A stretch of DNA of 64,000 nt from Escherichia phage ECP_WGS_SA1: the sequence record PQ604604; one strand, given 5' to 3'. The notes under the pieces are model-generated. The model did no database searches, had not been told where the DNA came from, and worked only from the letters and a program-made list of their open reading frames with translations. The position numbers and the translations under genes were made by a program. Of the stretch, positions 30,953 through 41,041 are shown piece after piece (position 1 is the first letter of the stretch; each line of letters starts with the position of its first letter).

Positions 30953-31491
30953 CGCACTTCCTGTGTCTTAACATTACCTGAAGCATCTCTCAAGGGCAGT
31001 GGATAGTAGGCCATTTGGTAGTCTGATACGCCTTCAATGTGATAAAACACGATTACGTCTTTGCTGTTGATGAGCATGTTAACGACATCTGATTTATCTT
31101 CTGGAGTGAGTATTAGTGCGCCGCCTGTCCTGCTGTCTACTGCAACAGGGTATGTCTTGTCGACAAGGCCGCTGTCCAATGTATTATACCTGACAACGAT
31201 TTCAGGGGCATCAACTTTTGCCATCGACATTCCGAACACAAACGACACGACCTGCCGACCGCGATCATTCATTACGCACATCTTTTCTTTGTCAAATCTT
31301 TCTTTTATTACGTCGTATTTATTCCAGCAAAACTCAAATGACTGCCCATTGTTAAAATATCTTGTCAACACTTTTGCACTTCCATTCGGCGGCGTAAACA
31401 TATTTTCAGCCGATGCAGTCTTGGTGAAGAATATAACTGTCAGCATAGCCATGATGATGATCAAAACAATCTTTAATTTGTTCGCTTTCAT
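30949..31491 (-). CDS. Secreted/periplasmic protein
   Basis: N-terminal signal-like sequence MKANKLKIVLIIIMAMLTVIFFTKTASA. Confidence 0.5.
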   Translation of the reverse strand: MKANKLKIVLIIIMAMLTVIFFTKTASAENMFTPPNGSAKVLTRYFNNGQSFEFCWNKYDVIKERFDKEKMCVMNDRGRQVVSFVFGMSMAKVDAPEIVVRYNTLDSGLVDKTYPVAVDSRTGGALILTPEDKSDVVNMLINSKDVIVFYHIEGVSDYQMAYYPLPLRDASGNVKTQEVR

Positions 31492-31666
31492 TATAATTCA
31501 CCTTTTGATTATGAATATTAATAGTATAGGCTTAAGGTTTTGAAAGTAAATACGCCGAAAGTAAATAAAAGAAAAGCCGGAAATTTCCGGCTTTGTGTAT
31601 ACACTGTATATTAAATTCTATAAAACGTTGCGATAGATTATACGCACCAATTATTTATCCAGTGTG

Positions 31667-32644
31667 TTAAAAATACTCCATATCGGTAATATCACGGAAG
31701 CACTTATACAAGGCAGAGCGCGGCACGTCAACGATGCCAAAGTTAAAGAATTTATATGTCAGATACTTGTTGCGATAATTCTCGCGATTCTCCCAAAGCA
31801 TTTTTCTCTCTGCCATAGGCATTGAACCAGCGGAGACGCGGAAAGGAATCATTTCACCTTTCTCATCAACATATTTTGGATTGACAACCACAAATGATCC
31901 AAGGTATCCTTTTGCAACCAAGCCTTCAGCCTCTTTCGAACGCTTAGTGCGACCCAACTCATCAATGAATGCTTCGTTGTTGTTCTCCATCATCTCAACG
32001 AAGTCTATGATCAGCCCTTCTTCATCGGTCCACGGCTTGTCCTTCCACACATCACGTGACTTTGGCGTCGCGCGGCCATGCTTGTATTTGCCCGTCCAAG
32101 ACTTGCCATACAAGCCTTCATAGCCAAGCTGGTCTGCTTCGATTTGCATCGCCGCGTACTGTTCCATATTTTCGATGTTTCGATATTCGAGAGCGCGAAG
32201 GAATGGGCGTCGACCATGGTTGATGAGGTGCTGATTGACTTCAGCAACTCTAGCGCGATATTTTGCATAACGCTTTTCAAAAGGCAAATCAGGGTCGCTG
32301 AAGTCATCAAACACCCACCATGTAAAGTTAGTGATTGCATCAGTGTTCATGCATGCAGTATAGGCCTGTTGCATGACGTTCTTGTCGTTCGGATTACCGT
32401 CAATTAGCTCTCCATCAAGTCCGTGAATCAATTCACCCAAGAATAGGAACTCTTTTTTGATTTGAATATTGCGCAGCGCCATGCCGGACGTGCCCATTGG
32501 CAAGTTGTCATACGCCATCGCGCGTATGCCATCGACCTTGAAGGATAATCCGCAAGGCAGCGGCACATCTTCGCCGCGCTCGATGATTTGTTTACGCTGG
32601 CAGCCTTTCATTGGTTTTAATGCTTTGATTTCTCCTGCCATCAC
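31667..32644 (-). CDS. ATP-dependent DNA ligase
   Basis: Adenylation motif FKVDGIR (KxDG) and nucleotidyltransferase pattern. Confidence 0.75.
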   Translation of the reverse strand: MMAGEIKALKPMKGCQRKQIIERGEDVPLPCGLSFKVDGIRAMAYDNLPMGTSGMALRNIQIKKEFLFLGELIHGLDGELIDGNPNDKNVMQQAYTACMNTDAITNFTWWVFDDFSDPDLPFEKRYAKYRARVAEVNQHLINHGRRPFLRALEYRNIENMEQYAAMQIEADQLGYEGLYGKSWTGKYKHGRATPKSRDVWKDKPWTDEEGLIIDFVEMMENNNEAFIDELGRTKRSKEAEGLVAKGYLGSFVVVNPKYVDEKGEMIPFRVSAGSMPMAERKMLWENRENYRNKYLTYKFFNFGIVDVPRSALYKCFRDITDMEYF

Positions 32645-33234
32645 TCAAACTCCTTATTCATCACTTGTTCCAGCGCATAGGCGTAAGACTGATCAGTCGA
32701 TTTGATGAACGTTCCGTTGTACATCACACCTTTACGGTCCTTGATGTCTTCATAGGCGGCTTGAGCGCAATCAGACAGTCGAAGTCCATAATCATGCGCT
32801 ACGCCGGAAAGATAATCGACTGCGGCCATTATGGTGACATCAATATCCATACTCTGATTTTTAGCAATGGCGTCACCAAGCCGTCCGAGAGTCTTTGCCA
32901 AGCGAAGGATAAACGAGTGAGGGTGGGCACCTTTGTCAGCGCAACCGCCGCCGTTGATGTCTTCGATTTTTGCACCATTTTGCGCGGCAAGAATAGTTAA
33001 CACAACAAGGCAATCGCCGATGTCATCCTTGATTGCAGCTTGTAAATCACAGATGGCCTGCTCTGTATATCCGATTTCAGTGTCAAAGAACACAAGGTCA
33101 TGTAATTGATCAACGTGGTCGGTCAACTCCCCAAACTCGCTAATAAGCTTCGGGTATTGGTCCTTAAGGTCGCAGCCTTGGATGATGTTACGGTCAGAAG
33201 CCCACTGGCGAATGTTTGCATAAATCTGGTTCAT
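32641..33234 (-). CDS. MazG-like nucleoside triphosphate pyrophosphohydrolase
   Basis: All-alpha NTP-PPase pattern with paired acidic motifs. Confidence 0.6.
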   Translation of the reverse strand: MNQIYANIRQWASDRNIIQGCDLKDQYPKLISEFGELTDHVDQLHDLVFFDTEIGYTEQAICDLQAAIKDDIGDCLVVLTILAAQNGAKIEDINGGGCADKGAHPHSFILRLAKTLGRLGDAIAKNQSMDIDVTIMAAVDYLSGVAHDYGLRLSDCAQAAYEDIKDRKGVMYNGTFIKSTDQSYAYALEQVMNKEFE

Positions 33235-33749
33235 TTATTTTCCTTTGATGCATTGAATTGATCGATTTTAATTTTAGCCTGATTATAAGTATCAATCAAG
33301 CTATTAACCTTCTCTTTTAATCGGTTTGTTTCTGCGGCGAACTGAACAAGAAAACTGACATCTTCTTCTGATAGTCCACAGTTTCCTTCTGGGATAGAGA
33401 GGCGTCCAGTGGTCGCAGAGTCGGGCATACTCCTGAGTAATTCACGGGAGCAGCTGAGTTGCTCGCGCAGCTTGATATTCCCAGACTTGTAACGAGCAAT
33501 AGTGTCATCAGCAACCAGTTGCGCTTCCTGGCGACCCTTCTCATATGCCGATGCCGATTCAACCTGTAAAGATGCAATTTGCTCTTCGAGTGCATTTATC
33601 TTGTCCTTACGCTCATTAAGCGATGTCAGATATTGATTATCCTTGGCCAGTGATGCGTTGGTTTGCTGAAGGTCTTCAACGTATGATCCAGCGGCGAACG
33701 CGCCAACAAGGGCCAGAATCTTCAGAAGCGGTACAATTCTTTCTATCAT
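33231..33749 (-). CDS. i-spanin-like protein (Rz-like)
   Basis: N-terminal TM anchor MIERIVPLLKILALVGAFAAGSYV followed by long coiled-coil region. Confidence 0.45.
   Translation of the reverse strand: MIERIVPLLKILALVGAFAAGSYVEDLQQTNASLAKDNQYLTSLNERKDKINALEEQIASLQVESASAYEKGRQEAQLVADDTIARYKSGNIKLREQLSCSRELLRSMPDSATTGRLSIPEGNCGLSEEDVSFLVQFAAETNRLKEKVNSLIDTYNQAKIKIDQFNASKENK
33317..33544 (-). CDS. o-spanin-like lipoprotein candidate embedded in +1 frame
   Basis: Embedded ORF with basic n-region, hydrophobic core and lipobox-like ISSC; short mature part with prolines and a second Cys. Confidence 0.3.
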   Translation of the reverse strand: MRRVARKRNWLLMTLLLVTSLGISSCASNSAAPVNYSGVCPTLRPLDASLSQKETVDYQKKMSVFLFSSPQKQTD

Positions 33750-33761
33750 GATGCACCAGAT

Positions 33762-33790
33762 AAATAAAAGGCCGCCAATCGGCAGCCTTG
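33762..33790 (-). terminator. Intrinsic terminator (minus strand)
   Basis: GGCTGCCGATTGGCGGCC hairpin followed by T-run on minus strand. Confidence 0.5.
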
Positions 33791-33806
33791 TTGATTTGAT
33801 TGTCGA

Positions 33807-34667
33807 TTAAAACTCTTCTGCGTCGGTCGGAGTTTCGTTGACAGGACCAGCGGCACCGCTTGCTTCTTCCTGCTTGCTGCGGTCGATGTTAACGTTGCCG
33901 CCAACTACGTCGTTGTGGAACGCTTTGGCGACTTCGTACAGGCCTTTATCCTGCACCAGACCTTCCAGCTCAAACTTCAGAACTGACCAGGTGTTGCCAT
34001 CTTTGGACTGAGACGCAGTACCCATGCGAACGATGTTCATAAAGGTCGGCGGAGTTTTCAGACCCTGCGGAGTCTGAACTTTCTTCTGCTGCAGAGCGGT
34101 CATCAGCATGCGAGACGGCTTGATCATGGAAGAAGTAAGAGACAGCATTGCGCTACCAAATTCGCCAGTTTCTTCGTTCAACAGGATCACGAAGTGGTTA
34201 CGTGTGTCTGCGTAGTAAGGTGATTTCTTCTCGTGCACTTTGCCGTTTTCATCCGGCACAAATACCTTACCGTTGATTTCAACAGCGCGGCCTGCCGCGA
34301 CTTCTGCATCAACGTGCTCTTTGGTGAATTCACCTTTAAAGCCTTTATCGTCGGACTCGCGACCGCCCCAAAGGATGAAGGTGCGTTTGAATGCGCAAGG
34401 GATGATCTGCACACCTTTCTTGCCGTCATACAATTCACCAGTAACGGTGTTGTACAGCATGCCAGCTTTTGCGCCAGGCACGTGTTTTGGATCATCTTCG
34501 TCGACCATCGGAGACATCTTTTGCAGTACGACGATAAAAGGAATGGCATAAGCGTCGGCATCGGCACCTTCAAAGCCAGCGCCAAAATCGGTCATATCGA
34601 CAAAATCAGCCATAGCGGACATCTGGGTGTTTTTCACTGCAACTTCGGTAGTTTCTTTCTTAGACAT
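33807..34667 (-). CDS. ssDNA-binding/annealing protein candidate
   Basis: Acidic C-terminal tail ending DAEEF, reminiscent of phage SSB tails; position in replication module. Confidence 0.4.
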   Translation of the reverse strand: MSKKETTEVAVKNTQMSAMADFVDMTDFGAGFEGADADAYAIPFIVVLQKMSPMVDEDDPKHVPGAKAGMLYNTVTGELYDGKKGVQIIPCAFKRTFILWGGRESDDKGFKGEFTKEHVDAEVAAGRAVEINGKVFVPDENGKVHEKKSPYYADTRNHFVILLNEETGEFGSAMLSLTSSMIKPSRMLMTALQQKKVQTPQGLKTPPTFMNIVRMGTASQSKDGNTWSVLKFELEGLVQDKGLYEVAKAFHNDVVGGNVNIDRSKQEEASGAAGPVNETPTDAEEF

Positions 34668-34726
34668 TTGATGTTTTCCTATAGTATCAAGTTTCGTGGC
34701 AACCTGATTTCAAGATAAAGGTTAAA

Positions 34727-35284
34727 TTACTTTTTGCTTTTAGGCAAGGTTATTTTAGCTTCTTTATACTCAAAAACGCTAATATCTTCACTAACTGGAT
34801 TACCCGCTTCCAGCTGTTCTTTAACAAATGACTTCAGTGTAGCAGAATGAACGCCTTGTTTCAACGTGGCTTCAACACCGTCTTCACGCAGCGCAGCAAC
34901 AATCTCTTGCGCTTGCTCGATTTCTTCGCGACCGAACTCAGCCGTGACGCTGGACTTGATCAAGCCGCCGTAACCGTTGTTGACAAGCCAATCGAATACC
35001 TTCAATTCATTTTCTTTCTTGATTGAAGCATTTACTTTTGACTCGACCTTGATTTTGGTCTTGTCTTCAAGCTTGATTTCGGACACGCCAAGCTCATCCA
35101 TGACGCCAGGAAGCAGAACAGTTTTGATTTCACTGATGCGCTGCTTTTGCATATCAGCTTCATCTTCAAGCTCTGTCAAAGCTTCTTGGCGTTCTGCCAA
35201 TTCCGATACTAAGCGCGCAAGGCGCTCTTGAATGCTCTCAGGAGCGACCTGCGGCAAATCATCTTCCCAATTAATGTTGCTCAT
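34727..35284 (-). CDS. Hypothetical protein
   Basis: ORF in replication module. Confidence 0.45.
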   Translation of the reverse strand: MSNINWEDDLPQVAPESIQERLARLVSELAERQEALTELEDEADMQKQRISEIKTVLLPGVMDELGVSEIKLEDKTKIKVESKVNASIKKENELKVFDWLVNNGYGGLIKSSVTAEFGREEIEQAQEIVAALREDGVEATLKQGVHSATLKSFVKEQLEAGNPVSEDISVFEYKEAKITLPKSKK

Positions 35285-35544
35285 ATTTTACCTTCTTGCA
35301 TTAGCCCTTCAACACGGGTCATTTGATAACGTTCAGGTTTCCAAGCCGCCAAAGCCTTCTCAGCGCCTTTTAAAGTCTTATATGCCTTGATGCCAGGCAT
35401 AATTACGGTATTCACCCCAGCACCGTTGCCATAATCAAACTCTTTTACAACGCGGAACATGCCGTCAATTTCTTTGACCAAAAGACGTTTGAACGCGATT
35501 GCGCCAGTAGCTTCATTTTTGTAACGTTCAAGGATGCGTACCAT
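35281..35544 (-). CDS. Hypothetical protein
   Basis: Coupled ORF. Confidence 0.45.
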   Translation of the reverse strand: MVRILERYKNEATGAIAFKRLLVKEIDGMFRVVKEFDYGNGAGVNTVIMPGIKAYKTLKGAEKALAAWKPERYQMTRVEGLMQEGKI

Positions 35545-35618
35545 TTTGTATTCCTCTATTTCGTTTCGATGAAGTAATTATGACTCATCTTCCGTGACAA
35601 GTCAAATTATTTTTGATA

Positions 35619-37142
35619 TTAATTCATCTTTTTGCCGTCGAGGATGTGATCAGCAAGCATCGACTTCATACTGAGTGAACGCTGAATTTCTTCGTCGATG
35701 GTATCAACACCAATAAAATCAACATACAACACGCTTGATTTGGTGCCGATGCGGTGATTTCGGTCTTCGGATTGCTTGCGCAACTCGTTGTCGTAGTTGC
35801 AAGAATAATAAATTGCCAAATCAGCGGCGGTAAGCGTGATGCCGATGCCTGCCGCTGCAGCGTGGCAAACCAATACCTGTGTTCCACCATTCGCGACTGT
35901 ATTCTTCTGGAAGTCATCAATTAAGAACTCGCGCTGCTCTTTGGATGTTTCACCATTGTATACACCAGTGACCACGCCTTCAGACTCAAGCCAGTCCTTA
36001 ATCTGGTTCATCTCTTCCTTAAATATGGCCCAAACGATGAATTTGCGCTCTGGGTCGTCTTCCAGCACACCTTCCACATAATCTTTAAAGGCCGTGAATC
36101 GTGGGTTGTCTTCCATGTAGACCATCTCATCATACACCTTAACAAAGCCGGATGTCACCTGCTTCATCTTGGTGCGCGACGCGATCATCTCAAACTTGAC
36201 GTTTTCTTCCTCGCCCTTGTATTCCATCAAATAGTTGTACTCATTCTTGAGTTCATCGTAAACATCGCGTTGTTTAGGCGACAACTCGAAGTCAATAAAC
36301 TTGTACACCTTCTCTGGAAGGTCAGGCAAGTATTCCGCTTTTGTCGCACGAAAATAGTGCGGTTCCATCAGCCGGATAAGCTTGTCAAGGTTTTTGTACA
36401 TCGGTCGGCCGAACTGGTCTTTGCGCGGCACTTGCGGAATACCATGGCCATTGCCGCCGATTTTCTTGAGGATGGCTTGCATCTCTGGGTCGTGCGCTTC
36501 AAGTAGCACCGTGAATTCAGAGTTGAAGGCGCGGAAAGATTTGGTGCCGAGCAAGCCTGCTTCAAGGAAGTGATATTGCATGTAAATATCCGCAGGCGAG
36601 CGCGGCAACGGCGTGCCAGAAAGGATTCGACGGGCCTTTGCCAGCCGTCCCAATTCCACAACCTTGATGGAGCGTTTCGCTGTGTTATTCTTGATGCGCG
36701 TTGATTCGTCAATAATCATCAGGCAGCGGTATTTCTTCAAGACCGACTCGATATGTTGATAACCTACTGGTGTGTTGACGGTATCGATGTTGAATGAGAA
36801 GATGCGCGCAGGCACTTCGCCTTCAGGGTAGTGATCAGCAAACATCTTCTCCCAAAGCGCCTTGCCCTTTTTAGTCTTCATCTTGTCGTTGCCGCGCCAG
36901 TAGTGCCCAATCCACTTGATGGAAAGGTGTTCTGGTGCTTCACGACGAATCCAGTTGGAGTGGACACCGTTTGGAGCGATGACGACCATGGCATCGAACG
37001 CGCCAGCGGTGAAGTGCTTTTCAAACTCTGCCAAAGCGGTCCAAGTTTTACCAAGACCCTGTTCCATGAAATAGGCAAAGTATTTTCTGCGGCCTGCTTT
37101 ATCAAGCGCCAGAAGCTGGTGGCGCATCCCTTGTGTTTTCAT
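35619..37142 (-). CDS. SNF2-family DNA helicase
   Basis: Motifs GLGKT (Walker A), IIDESTRIKN (DExx), SGTP. Confidence 0.75.
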   Translation of the reverse strand: MKTQGMRHQLLALDKAGRRKYFAYFMEQGLGKTWTALAEFEKHFTAGAFDAMVVIAPNGVHSNWIRREAPEHLSIKWIGHYWRGNDKMKTKKGKALWEKMFADHYPEGEVPARIFSFNIDTVNTPVGYQHIESVLKKYRCLMIIDESTRIKNNTAKRSIKVVELGRLAKARRILSGTPLPRSPADIYMQYHFLEAGLLGTKSFRAFNSEFTVLLEAHDPEMQAILKKIGGNGHGIPQVPRKDQFGRPMYKNLDKLIRLMEPHYFRATKAEYLPDLPEKVYKFIDFELSPKQRDVYDELKNEYNYLMEYKGEEENVKFEMIASRTKMKQVTSGFVKVYDEMVYMEDNPRFTAFKDYVEGVLEDDPERKFIVWAIFKEEMNQIKDWLESEGVVTGVYNGETSKEQREFLIDDFQKNTVANGGTQVLVCHAAAAGIGITLTAADLAIYYSCNYDNELRKQSEDRNHRIGTKSSVLYVDFIGVDTIDEEIQRSLSMKSMLADHILDGKKMN

Positions 37143-37561
37143 GACAATTCCTCTAAATACTTGATGATGTGATGNNNNNNNNNNNNNNNNNNNNNNNNNN
37201 NNNNNNNNNNNNNNNNNNNNNNNNNNNNNNNNNNNNNNNNNNNNNNNNNNNNNNNNNNNNNNNNNNNNNNNNNNNNNNNNNNNNNNNNNNNNNNNNNNNN
37301 NNNNNNNNNNNNNNNNNNNNNNNNNNNNNNNNNNTGACCTTTCTCAAATGCGCTCTTGAAAGGAAGAGTGGTGGCCCTTGCAGGCCACGATTCAAAGAAC
37401 TTCATTTCAAGCCAAAAGCCGCGCCCTTTCCGGTTGGTGCCGATTACGTCCGGCACACCATCACCCGTCATTGATTCGATTCTTTGAAGCTTCAAGATTG
37501 ATTCTGAATGCTTCTTCAAAGGCACGAATATGTATTTCTGTTCACGGTTATTTGTTGCCAT
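37139..37561 (-). CDS. VRR-NUC-like nuclease (partly N-masked)
   Basis: C-terminal GTNRKGRGFWLEMKF pattern; middle of gene masked. Confidence 0.4.
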   Translation of the reverse strand: MATNNREQKYIFVPLKKHSESILKLQRIESMTGDGVPDVIGTNRKGRGFWLEMKFFESWPARATTLPFKSAFEKGXXXXXXXXXXXXXXXXXXXXXXXXXXXXXXXXXXXXXXXXXXXXXXXXXXXXXXHHIIKYLEELS

Positions 37562-40445
37562 CTGGATACACCTGTTTGATAACGTCGACGATGAACATGT
37601 CAATGCCTTCAAGTTTGCGGCCTTTCATCAGGAAGAATGCGCCGTTCCCGACGTTCTCTGCAATGTATTTCCCGTATTTCTGGAACTTCTCTGGACGAAT
37701 CCTGAAGCGCATTGGCGAGTCGGTCGAATCGTCCTTGCACATAAGGTCAATGAACTGAGTCTCAAGCTTGTTTCCATACTGGTCAAACTCTGCGTAGCGG
37801 CCATCAGCTTGAAGACCCTTTTTAAGTTTGCCGTGCTTTGTATAAATGCCGCGCTCAAGACGTTTACGGATGCGTGTCGCTTCGTTCTCGTCAGCCAGCA
37901 CTTTCTTGGTCAACTTGCCGATCACTATTGCACGCTCGTCATCGCCGACTTCCTTCATCTGGCGTATTGAAGCACCGGAAGTAACGCCAATCAGATATGG
38001 GTCATTATATGCCCAGCCGAACTTTGTGTGCATTTCGGTAAGGTCGCCGTATTTAACTTCAGCATTGGCCAATGCGTCCTTTTGTTTTTGCGTTAAGGTT
38101 CCGGCTTCACGCGCTTCGATGTACTTCATCGCCTTCACCATGCCATATCCTTTTGCGTTCATGATGCCGCCGATTAGCTTTCCGTTAGCGATGGTCCAGT
38201 TCATTGAAGAGTGATCAGGGTCGATTGGCACATAATCCACGCCTTCCTTCGCAAGTTCACGTAATATCGCAATCGTCTGGTCTTCGTCCTTAGCAGCGCG
38301 TAAGCAGGCAGCGGCAAATTCCAACGGGTAGTGTCGCTTAAGCCACAATGTCCAGTAGGTCACGACCGCATAAGACACGGAGTGTGACTTGTTAAAGCCC
38401 CATGACCCGAACGTGGCCATCGCTTGCCAAAGCTTTCTTGCATCCGCTTCCGGTACACCGTTATTTATTGCGCCTGCAACGAAGTCTTCGCCAAGCTTGT
38501 TAAAGTATTCCTCACCCTTACGGCCTGACATTGCCTTACGTACAGCGGATGTTTTCGCCCAGTCAAATGAACCAATCTCTTTAACCACGGCCATGATTTG
38601 CTCTTGGTAAAGGAACACGCCGTAAGTCTCTTTTAAGTACGGCTCAAGCTGCGGCACGTCATACTCAATCGGCGCACGTCCTGCCGCGCGTTCGATGTAT
38701 TTCTGGGCCATACCGGATGACAACGGGCCAGGTCGACCAAGTGCTGTCAGGTTATCGATTTTGTTGAAGTTGTCAACGTGCACAAAGTTGGTTACTGAGC
38801 GTACAGCATCACCTTCAAACTGAAAGATTCCTGACATCTTGTTTTCGTTAAGGATATCAAGGACGCTTTGGTCATCAAGCTTAATTCCGTACAGCGTTTC
38901 AGCATCTATCACGCCAGTATCAGAAATGATGCCGAGGGTGCGAAGTCCCAATGCATCAAGCTTCAAAAGGTTAAGGTATTCACTGTCAGGCTTGTCAATT
39001 TGCGCAATCCCTTCCGCCGTTACCGTACAGTAATCAGAGATTGGGTCATTACACACGATGATTCCCGCTGCGTGAACGCCAGTGTGGGAAGGGTGAATCT
39101 CAAGGTCACCCATGCATCGCGCGGCATCGGGATATTTAGCCACAAACTCTTGGCCCGTGGTCGTTGTTGCAAAGGTATCCTCCAGGCCGTGACCATAACG
39201 GGCGTCACCAGATGAGTATTCAAGCAATGCGTTTTTAATGTTGGCCGTTTCGTGATATCCAATGTTGAACTTCTTACCAACCTGAGCCATTACTGAGTTG
39301 GCCTTAAGCGTGTTTATGTTGCCAAGTTTTGCAACGTTCATTTCGCCGTATTTTTCTTTAAGGTAATCAAACACCATATAGCGTTTGGTATCCTCAAAGT
39401 CAATATCAATATCAGGGAGGTCGGCACGGCTTACGTCGATGAATCGGGCAAATAGCAGCTTATACGGGATTGGGTCAACTTCCGTGATGCCGAGGCAATA
39501 ACAAACCAGTGAACCAGCCGATGAGCCGCGAGCGGGTCCGACGAGCATTTTTGTTTTTGCAAATCGTACAAGGTCCGCTACCACCAGAAAGTATGAGTCG
39601 AAATCTTTCAGCTGAATCTGGTGAATCTCTTCGTTGAATCGGTCCTCATATTCCTGAGTCCATTCTTTGATGTGACCTGCCTTAAGGCGGTACTCCATCC
39701 CCTCACGAGCAAGTTTTACCATGTCACCAGCAAGGTGGATAATCGGCGCCTTGCGCAGCTTCAGGTCAAGTCCCACGATTCCGTTTGCAATGTCAACTGC
39801 ATTGGCCGTTGCTTGATTCAACTCATTTTCGGTCAATATTCCTTTAAGCTGTTTGTGCAAGTCTTCCGCGTCAACGATGCAGTGCGGCTTGACCGTGTCG
39901 CGAACTTCCCAAGCATAAGCAAAGTCAACGTGCTCAGGTGAAGGCATGTGGTTGTATCCAGTTAAAACCAGCGGCCTTCCGTTGCTGCGGTGAGCCAATA
40001 CCTGGCGCTTGGCCAAAAGGAACGATGACGGGTTGACGTCTATATAATCGTAGTCCTCTGGCCGCAGCAACTCCACGGCCCCGCCACAGAATTTAACGAC
40101 GCCATCGAGCGCCCCGAACTCTGCACGGGTCAGTCCGCCGCGCTGTGTTGCAAGCGTGGTCGCGTTGTAAAAGGATTTCAGGTCAAGCGCCAATATCCAA
40201 GCCTTCGGTTTGAATCCCTTTTTCGGGTCCGCATCAGGGTCAATGATTGGAATCTCCATGCCAAACATAGGTTTGATATCATTCTTCTGACATTCCTTTT
40301 CCCAGCGAACGTGACCCCATGTATTGTTATCAACTAATGCCGCGACTTCGCAGCCCAACTCTTTGAGCCGTGCTATAATTTCAGGATGCCGTCCATATAC
40401 TTCTTTGAACGTGTAACCGCTGCGAACTCTCAATTGTGGAAACAT
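37548..40445 (-). CDS. dnaE: DNA polymerase III alpha-subunit-like replicative polymerase (DnaE family)
   Basis: 965 aa with PHP and pol-III core motifs (GSSAGSLVCYCLGITEVDPIPYKLLFARFI, PDIDIDF). Confidence 0.85.
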   Translation of the reverse strand: MFPQLRVRSGYTFKEVYGRHPEIIARLKELGCEVAALVDNNTWGHVRWEKECQKNDIKPMFGMEIPIIDPDADPKKGFKPKAWILALDLKSFYNATTLATQRGGLTRAEFGALDGVVKFCGGAVELLRPEDYDYIDVNPSSFLLAKRQVLAHRSNGRPLVLTGYNHMPSPEHVDFAYAWEVRDTVKPHCIVDAEDLHKQLKGILTENELNQATANAVDIANGIVGLDLKLRKAPIIHLAGDMVKLAREGMEYRLKAGHIKEWTQEYEDRFNEEIHQIQLKDFDSYFLVVADLVRFAKTKMLVGPARGSSAGSLVCYCLGITEVDPIPYKLLFARFIDVSRADLPDIDIDFEDTKRYMVFDYLKEKYGEMNVAKLGNINTLKANSVMAQVGKKFNIGYHETANIKNALLEYSSGDARYGHGLEDTFATTTTGQEFVAKYPDAARCMGDLEIHPSHTGVHAAGIIVCNDPISDYCTVTAEGIAQIDKPDSEYLNLLKLDALGLRTLGIISDTGVIDAETLYGIKLDDQSVLDILNENKMSGIFQFEGDAVRSVTNFVHVDNFNKIDNLTALGRPGPLSSGMAQKYIERAAGRAPIEYDVPQLEPYLKETYGVFLYQEQIMAVVKEIGSFDWAKTSAVRKAMSGRKGEEYFNKLGEDFVAGAINNGVPEADARKLWQAMATFGSWGFNKSHSVSYAVVTYWTLWLKRHYPLEFAAACLRAAKDEDQTIAILRELAKEGVDYVPIDPDHSSMNWTIANGKLIGGIMNAKGYGMVKAMKYIEAREAGTLTQKQKDALANAEVKYGDLTEMHTKFGWAYNDPYLIGVTSGASIRQMKEVGDDERAIVIGKLTKKVLADENEATRIRKRLERGIYTKHGKLKKGLQADGRYAEFDQYGNKLETQFIDLMCKDDSTDSPMRFRIRPEKFQKYGKYIAENVGNGAFFLMKGRKLEGIDMFIVDVIKQVYPDGNK

Positions 40446-40987
40446 TATTTACTCCAGATGTCATATACGCCAATTTGCTGGCAGACTTTGTGCAGTAATA
40501 TTACGTCGTCTAATGCACGGTGCTTCTGTTCATATTTTCCGAAATATAATTCATACAGCTCTTGAAGCTTAACTCTTCGGCCAAAAATAGGCAAGGTTTG
40601 CTCGACCGTACAAATGTTTATTTCTGGGAAATTAACATCATCAAGTGTAAGTCCTTCGCGCTGTAGTGCATAATCAAGAATGTTCTTATCGAACGCATGG
40701 TTGTGCGCGATAGTGGCACCAGTCTTCTTGAAGATTTCTTTTAGCTGCGGAACAAAATTGATGAATGGCGGATTGCACTCAAGGTCTTCATTTGTTAATC
40801 CGGTAATCTTTGTGATGATTTCTTCAATCACGATTTCAGGATTAATTATGAACTCGAACGTTTCAAGAATCTCTTTGCCGTCCGTCAACAGTCCTGCAAA
40901 TTCAATAGGGCGCGGCTGCATTCCAAGCGGCGCTTTCGGGTGCACGGTTAATCCGGTTGTTTCGAAGTCATAAGGGAGAAATAACAC
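40445..40987 (-). CDS. DnaQ-like 3'-5' exonuclease
   Basis: Exo I motif YDFETTGL near N-terminus; GTG start with GGAGG RBS; start overlaps polymerase stop region. Confidence 0.7.
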   Translation of the reverse strand: MLFLPYDFETTGLTVHPKAPLGMQPRPIEFAGLLTDGKEILETFEFIINPEIVIEEIITKITGLTNEDLECNPPFINFVPQLKEIFKKTGATIAHNHAFDKNILDYALQREGLTLDDVNFPEINICTVEQTLPIFGRRVKLQELYELYFGKYEQKHRALDDVILLHKVCQQIGVYDIWSK

Positions 40988-40999
40988 ATTGGCCTCCTA

Positions 41000-41026
41000 C
41001 AAAAAGGCCGCCCATTAGGACGGCCA
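41000..41026 (-). terminator. Intrinsic terminator (minus strand) after VOC-like gene
   Basis: GGCCGTCCTAATGGGCGGCC then TTTTT on minus strand. Confidence 0.5.
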
Positions 41027-41041
41027 CAGATTTAAGATTCG

